Source: Laetmonice hystrix (Eukaryota). From it: a stretch of 64,000 nt of DNA. The first letter of the stretch is position 1; every line of letters starts with the position of its first letter. Under the pieces are notes generated by a model. The model had not been told where the DNA came from. It did no database searches and worked only from the letters and a program-made list of their open reading frames with translations. The translations under genes were made by a program, and so were the position numbers. The stretch lies in the NCBI GenBank assembly GCA_965235115.1, contig OZ249440.1, positions 33,668,001-33,732,000 on the forward strand, read 5' to 3'. Below are positions 58,881 to 64,000 of the stretch, one piece after another.

Positions 58881-59890
58881 ACGAAATGTTTGCTGTATCG
58901 CCGTTCAGTGACACTATACACGTATCCAAGCTCCTCGGAACCATCCGAGTCCTCCGGGGTAACACCACTAGTATCCCCTGAGACAATGTTGACTGGGCAG
59001 CGCCATCTGCCTCGACCCCTGCCTCGACCACCTCGGTCCCAGCCGCGGCCCCTCCCCCTACTGGGCCGTCTATGTGCCTCATCACCTGACTGCGCCTTCC
59101 TTTTCTTGGGGCACTTGCGTTCATAATGTCCCACCACGTGACAGAATCGGCACCTTACGTTGGCAGCTGGGCAGCTTGCCACCCCACCTGGGTGTGGGTA
59201 CTCATACCCACAGTTCAAGCACTCCTCTCTCGATGTCCGGGGCTGACGACCCTGAACCTTAATCTTGTTTACTCCCGCCGTCGGGTCCGCTTCAACCTCC
59301 TGCGCACTCTGATCCGACACCTCTAGGAGTCTAGCATATTTAATCACATCCTCCAACCTCCAATCCGGCTCTGAGAAAGCTCTTCTCCTAAGCTTTCCTG
59401 ATCTACAGCTCATTTTTAGCTGCATGAGCAGCTCATCCTCTAGCCTGTCTCCATATCCGCAGTACTTAGCCAATAATCTGAGCCTAACAATGTAGTCATC
59501 TATGGACTCCGTCTTGTGTTGAACAGCTCCCCTAAACGTTCTGATTTCTCTATCCCTGGACGTGACACATGTGAAATACTCACTCAGGACTGTCTTGGCC
59601 GTGTTGTAGGCGCCGGCTGCGCCTCTCTGTGCTTCCGGTACCGTGACCCATTTCTGCCACGCCGTGTCCCCTGCATACTTCAACAGTAGGGCCTTTTTTT
59701 GCTTATTGTCCGTAATGTTCCAAGCCACGCAGTCGTTCTCGAAACGCATGAGCCACTCATCCCAGCGCTCAGTTATGTTCGGGTCATCTTTGGAGGCAGA
59801 AAATGTCAGAAACGTGCCACTCACCACGCTACTAGCCTGCGCCATCTTGTCACGATCCGCGCAATCCTTTACTTCCGGTCCAGTCGCCAC
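58850..59890 (-). CDS. gag: Gypsy-2 Gag
   Basis: ERWDEWLMRFEN, KKALLL..AG, Q..TESIDDYIVRLRLLAKYC, CLNCG...H...CPA....CRFCHVVGHYERKC (Mag-type double knuckle). Confidence 0.9.
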   Translation of the reverse strand: MATGPEVKDCADRDKMAQASSVVSGTFLTFSASKDDPNITERWDEWLMRFENDCVAWNITDNKQKKALLLKYAGDTAWQKWVTVPEAQRGAAGAYNTAKTVLSEYFTCVTSRDREIRTFRGAVQHKTESIDDYIVRLRLLAKYCGYGDRLEDELLMQLKMSCRSGKLRRRAFSEPDWRLEDVIKYARLLEVSDQSAQEVEADPTAGVNKIKVQGRQPRTSREECLNCGYEYPHPGGVASCPAANVRCRFCHVVGHYERKCPKKRKAQSGDEAHRRPSRGRGRGWDRGGRGRGRGRWRCPVNIVSGDTSGVTPEDSDGSEELGYVYSVTERRYSKHFVSQWLAVQLP

Positions 59891-59993
59891 GTAAATTCCT
59901 TCGAATATCAGCCACGGAGGGGTAATCAGACTAGTTCCAACAGCGCCATTACATTCCAGGTGACTTCATATCACAATCCCTCGGGATGTCACT

Positions 59994-60007
59994 CATCCTC
60001 GTCGCCA
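59994..60007 (-). promoter_or_regulatory. Primer-binding site, tRNA-Ser(GCT)
   Basis: TGGCGACGAGGATG 2 nt from the 5' LTR. Confidence 0.8.
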
Positions 60008-61571
60008 TTTGTAGTGTCTTTGGGGTCCGCCTATTCCCTACTCCCACACACACACGACCACGCTGTCTTGGATGCTCTGGATATCTCCTCCCTTTATTCC
60101 CCTAGGGGGCGTAACCTGCATACAGGCAACACTGCCATCTGGTGTAAACACACCGAACAATACTAGTACACTACAGGGGGGAGGGGGGCAAGGCCTTTTT
60201 GGGCCCCTGTGGATCCGCCACTGTCAACTTTGCAAGCTAGCTGTGATCGACCTGTCCAGCGTCGGCAGCTTGGCTTAGCACAACTGCCGCAAGTTTCACA
60301 ACGCCCAGTGCCACAGCGGCTGTGTTTCCTACATTTAAGCCTAACTCTCTTCTTGGTCAGTCAATTACCGGTATCCTATATGATTGATACTAAGCATCTT
60401 TTCTTTCAAAATAACTACTGTTCATGAATAAATATACAAAAATTCCAATTTTGACATGAGAACACTGACGTTGATGGTATGCAGTCCGCCATATTTGTTC
60501 TTCTCACCCCTGCCTTATTGGGGAGTGGGGAGAACAATGTTCGTGAACATGTTCGGCACTGTTCGGATGAAAAGAACAACGTTCGTATTCGTTCCTCAGT
60601 CCATCCGAACAACAAGAACATGTTCGAGTGTCTAGAACAGCCCATCCGAACGCAGCCACTGAGTCTGAGTGAAACGGGAATGGCAGGGTGGAAACAGACC
60701 ACTAGGCCTAACTAATGCCAAACTTGGGCAAAATTGATGTAAATCGAGATTTAATTGACATCCATGGCCCATAGAGTAGGCTCCTATATAGACGAGATCT
60801 AGGCTTTTCGTGACAACTAGATCTAGATCTAGGCCTAGCCTATAGGTAAACGGTGGCGGATCCTGACTGTCACTCGCTCAGGTAGCTTGAGCGGCAGTCA
60901 TTGCTTTGTTTGCGGCTGTTCGCGGCTTCCGACCGTCACCCTCGCAGCTACACTGCCGTTACAGTCAGGCATGACCTACACAGTCAGGCTGCCATGGTGA
61001 GTTTGTCTTGACTTTGGGTCCGCCCCTCCTACAAACCTATAAAGATTAGGCTAAACCCAACTTGTATTTTGCCCTGTTGTCGGAACAATCGGCAGCACAA
61101 CGTACAACAGGCTTGTGCCAAGTTGTGGGCGGTGGCTCCCAGACCCAGTGGCAGAGCGCTCTCTGGCCTTGACAAATATTTTTCGGATGCTGCTGAGTGC
61201 TGATTACTCCAAGGAAACTCAAATAATTTGTTGTCCTGGTGGTCACAGAACATAGCTACGCACCGTCAGGACATTTTTCTAACTTAAAATGTATTTTATA
61301 AAATGAATATCACTCTAGATCACAGGCTACGCCTCGAGCAGTGGCACACACAGGGGAATCCCCAAACGTCTGAAAGACCGTTCTCGATTTGACATCATTA
61401 TCTGGTGCGGGTTTTGAATGGCATTTCGTTTCTAGGGCCGTTGCTATGGGCCGTTCTAATTGACAGGTGGACATAATAAAACGCAATTAACGAATTTTAT
61501 TCCTCTATCGTATTACATTCAGTACATATCATGAGATGCCTTCTAAATGGCAGTTGACGGTACATCTTTAA

Positions 61572-61933
61572 CCCTTTCAGGGCGGACAATGCCTTGAGGC
61601 ATTACCGTGCCAGGGCGGACGATGCCTTGAGGCATTACCGCCCCAGGGCGGACGATGCCTTGAGGCACTTTTTTGTCTACTCCGACCACTCCCCGTAAAT
61701 CCGGCCCATTGATAGCAAAGACTGTCAATCACCCAACTACAATTGTCGAGTAGCTGTACTAACGCCTCCCCCTTACATATTACGTTGATTGCTATTGTCT
61801 TTTAGACATTATGTGTCCCAAAATCACGTTTTTCGAGACGAAAATCCAAAATGGCTCGCCCACGTGGGGTGGTGCGCAAAACTGAGTCAGCCCCTGTGAC
61901 GACTGTGACGTAACAAACGTCGCCGGCATAGGG
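61572..61933. mobile_element. piggyBac-like MITE with internal 33-bp tandem repeat
   Basis: TTAA|CCCT...AGGG|TTAA; three copies of cagggcggac.atgccttgaggca; TIR imperfect. Confidence 0.55.
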
Positions 61934-61939
61934 TTAAAT

Positions 61940-63191
61940 AGAACATTAAAGTTGATTAAATAAGTAAGATTTAACGTTATAGATGTCTATTCTAGCTGCG
62001 GGTTAGATATATTCCATGTATTGACTAAACGCGGTACGACACCAGAGTTGCACTCTTTTGACACTGCGGACAAGGTCAACGTTCCAATTTACGCAAGGTG
62101 GCGCCACCACTATAAATATCGCGCTCCGCCAAGCGGAAAACAGTGTTAGACGAGACGCTCATCGTGCAAGCTACTGCTGCCACCTTCCGTCAACCACTTA
62201 GATCCTCCGTCCTGTATTTGATCCAACAGTCGGCGCCACGGTAAGTCAGCGCTGACCGCGCTTGTTATCCGGACTTGTGGATGACGCAGACAGACAGAAT
62301 ATGACTGACTAACTGATCGCCTGGATGACATAGGCGGCTGTGGATGACAACCACAGAACGGGATGACACCCCGTGACTGACATGACGATGACTGACTGAT
62401 TGTGAGCATAAATTTTGCCCTGTACATAGACTTGTACATACGTTTACCTTTGACTAGACATAAGATATTAGTAATTAGACTACCACTGACTTTGTGGATG
62501 ACGTAGATTAGACATATGACTATGGATGACATGACACTATCTGCGGATGACATGACATGTTTTGTGGATGACATGTGGATGACATGACTCGACTTTGCGG
62601 ATGACATGCGGATGACATGATCTAGATCTGCGGATGACATGACCTGTGACACGACTTATGACCTTTGACCTGTAGATGCTTACAGATATACTAGAGCTTG
62701 CTCATTCACAGTAATAATATTGATAATTGATCTACGTTAGTGTTGTGGAGTACACCACAATATTTTAAATAGCAGTCATGGTAATCTCTTGTGCTATTAA
62801 GGTTGTCATAGAAGTTATTGAGTATGAAGACTACCTACTAGTCCTGTACTGGGCTTACATAGTCTAATGATATTGCTGCTTTGTGCTACCTGTTGACGTT
62901 GAGACGGTGAAGGACCGGACTGATGAAGACTTGTCAACGAGATATTGTATCGACGTCAGAAATAAAAGCGCCAACCATTATCTTTTAAACCATCCAGCCA
63001 TTGTGTGATCTGTCCACTTGTTGTAGACGTTCCACCCAATCCTTATAAGTACCTGGTCAATTGTCTGCTAATGTTAACCGCCCAACGTGTTTGGGGCGGA
63101 AGTAGCGAATGCGAGAAAACAGAGTAAGAACGAGAAAAACCCAACGAGAAGTACTACCCATTACATGATTATATGATCGCAGCACGCTACA
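61940..63191 (+). repeat. Probable 5' LTR of Gypsy-3 (left edge uncertain)
   Basis: Ends ...GCTACA before the PBS; TATAAATA at ~62111; AATAAA at ~62961; gatgacatg repeats at 62490-62650. Confidence 0.6.
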
Positions 63192-63198
63192 TAATTTT

Positions 63199-63219
63199 TG
63201 GTGCCGTGTGACCAGGATT
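63199..63219 (+). promoter_or_regulatory. Primer-binding site, tRNA-His-like (2-nt insertion)
   Basis: TGGTGCCGTG(TG)ACCAGGATT. Confidence 0.7.
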
Positions 63220-63241
63220 GGGTTAGGACAAAATCAACAAG

Positions 63242-63895
63242 ATGGGCAGTTGGCTGGCTAATATTTCTAACTTCTTTGGTTGGAGGACTGTGACGCCTCG
63301 ACAAGGCAATGACTTGACAAAGACTGAAAATAAAAGACCTGATCGTAATGGTTGGATGACTACCACACGAGACTCAGGTGTGACGGATGACCTGCCTGAC
63401 TTAAACAGGTTATCTGACGTACATGACTTACCTGACATACGCAACCTACCTGATTTACCTGACTTGCGTAACTTACCTGATGAGCCTAGATGTAGGACAA
63501 GGGAGGTGACAAATTTGACTATGTTAGAGAGGGATGACAAGTATGTGAGACACGACGTACCTGTGATGGCGTCAACGCCTGACATACATACTCAAGTGAA
63601 ATTTCCCCCTGATATGAGAAATGATGAGTCAACCCATATGACTAAACCAGGGTCCCAGATAGATTTGACTTCTGTAGATGGGAACTTCCCCATAGACAGA
63701 TCTCACAGAAAGCAAAAGGAGCCCATGAGATATAATGGAAAGGGAGATTGGGATGATTACTTGAGCCATTTTCAAGCTGTAGCCCGCTGGAATGGTTGGA
63801 GTGATGCAGATTGTGGTATGCAGTTAGCCATTAGCCTAGTAGACGATGCTAGGGAAGTTTTGAGTAGCCTACCGTTAGAATGCAGAATGTCCTAG
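63242..63895 (+). pseudogene. gag: Gypsy-3 Gag N-terminal part, truncated by a Nimb insertion
   Basis: KEPMRYNGKGDWDDYLSHFQAVARWNGW...LAISLVDDAREVL, homologous to Gypsy-1 Gag. Confidence 0.85.
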
Positions 63896-64000
63896 TGGAA
63901 CTTCCTCATTTTCTCGGATTCCTTGCAAGCACTTGCTAACTTGAATATAGATCACCCCGTGATCGTTCAAATCTTGTCCCAAGTTGGCAGTGCTTGGGAA
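63896..64000 (+). mobile_element. Nimb LINE RNase H fragment running off the window
   Basis: ttcctcattttctcggattcctt...cacttgctaacttgaa..agatcacc is the reverse complement of ~47130-47220. Confidence 0.8.

Larger units (their letters stand above)
55074..60175 (-). mobile_element. Gypsy-2 (Mag-like) LTR retrotransposon with 166-bp LTRs
   Basis: LTRs 55074-55239 and 60010-60175 (TGTAGTGT...ACACTACA), no difference seen; GGGGG flanks; PBS TGGCGACGAGGATG; PPT AAAAGGAGGAGAG at ~55241-55254. Confidence 0.97.
54797..60657. mobile_element. PIF/Harbinger-type MITE (~750 bp) split by Gypsy-2
   Basis: Perfect 24-bp TIR GGCTGCGTTCGGATGGGCTGTTCT; 3-bp TSD ACT (54794-54796, 60658-60660); subterminal GAACATGTTC palindromes. 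Confidence 0.85.

Noticed and set aside
62146..62652. 168-aa ORF with HVMSS repeats
   Set aside because: Arises from gatgacatg repeats in the putative LTR.

Overview
Animal (probably marine invertebrate; inference from the TE families present) genomic DNA made almost entirely of nested transposable elements, with no intact host gene recognisable. In order: a decayed L1/Tx1 LINE split by a CR1-group (L2/Crack-like) LINE (1-7.7 kb); a spliced OB-fold pseudogene (8.2-8.7 kb); an I-group/Nimb LINE with an internal deletion (11.4-15.7 kb); a LINE remnant and two MITEs (16.6-18.6 kb); a 17.6-kb Ty3/Gypsy provirus (21979-39588, TSD ATAT, tRNA-Leu PBS) whose 5' LTR carries an apparently intact DIRS1-type tyrosine-recombinase retrotransposon (22667-27896); a same-orientation nest of Nimb copies (43.7-52.6 kb); a second Gypsy with apparently identical 166-bp LTRs inside a Harbinger-type MITE (54.8-60.7 kb); and the start of a third Gypsy (62-64 kb). 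The best candidate for an undescribed system is in the large Gypsy: an accessory ORF in the env position, behind a candidate splice acceptor, encoding two C2H2 zinc fingers, a charged coiled coil and an unrecognised C-terminal domain, together with tandem arrays (one a hairpin array) in both UTRs. The second candidate is a compact pseudoknot at the exact 5' end of the Nimb LINE that does not have HDV-ribozyme topology. All family calls come from motif recognition by eye; no database search was run.
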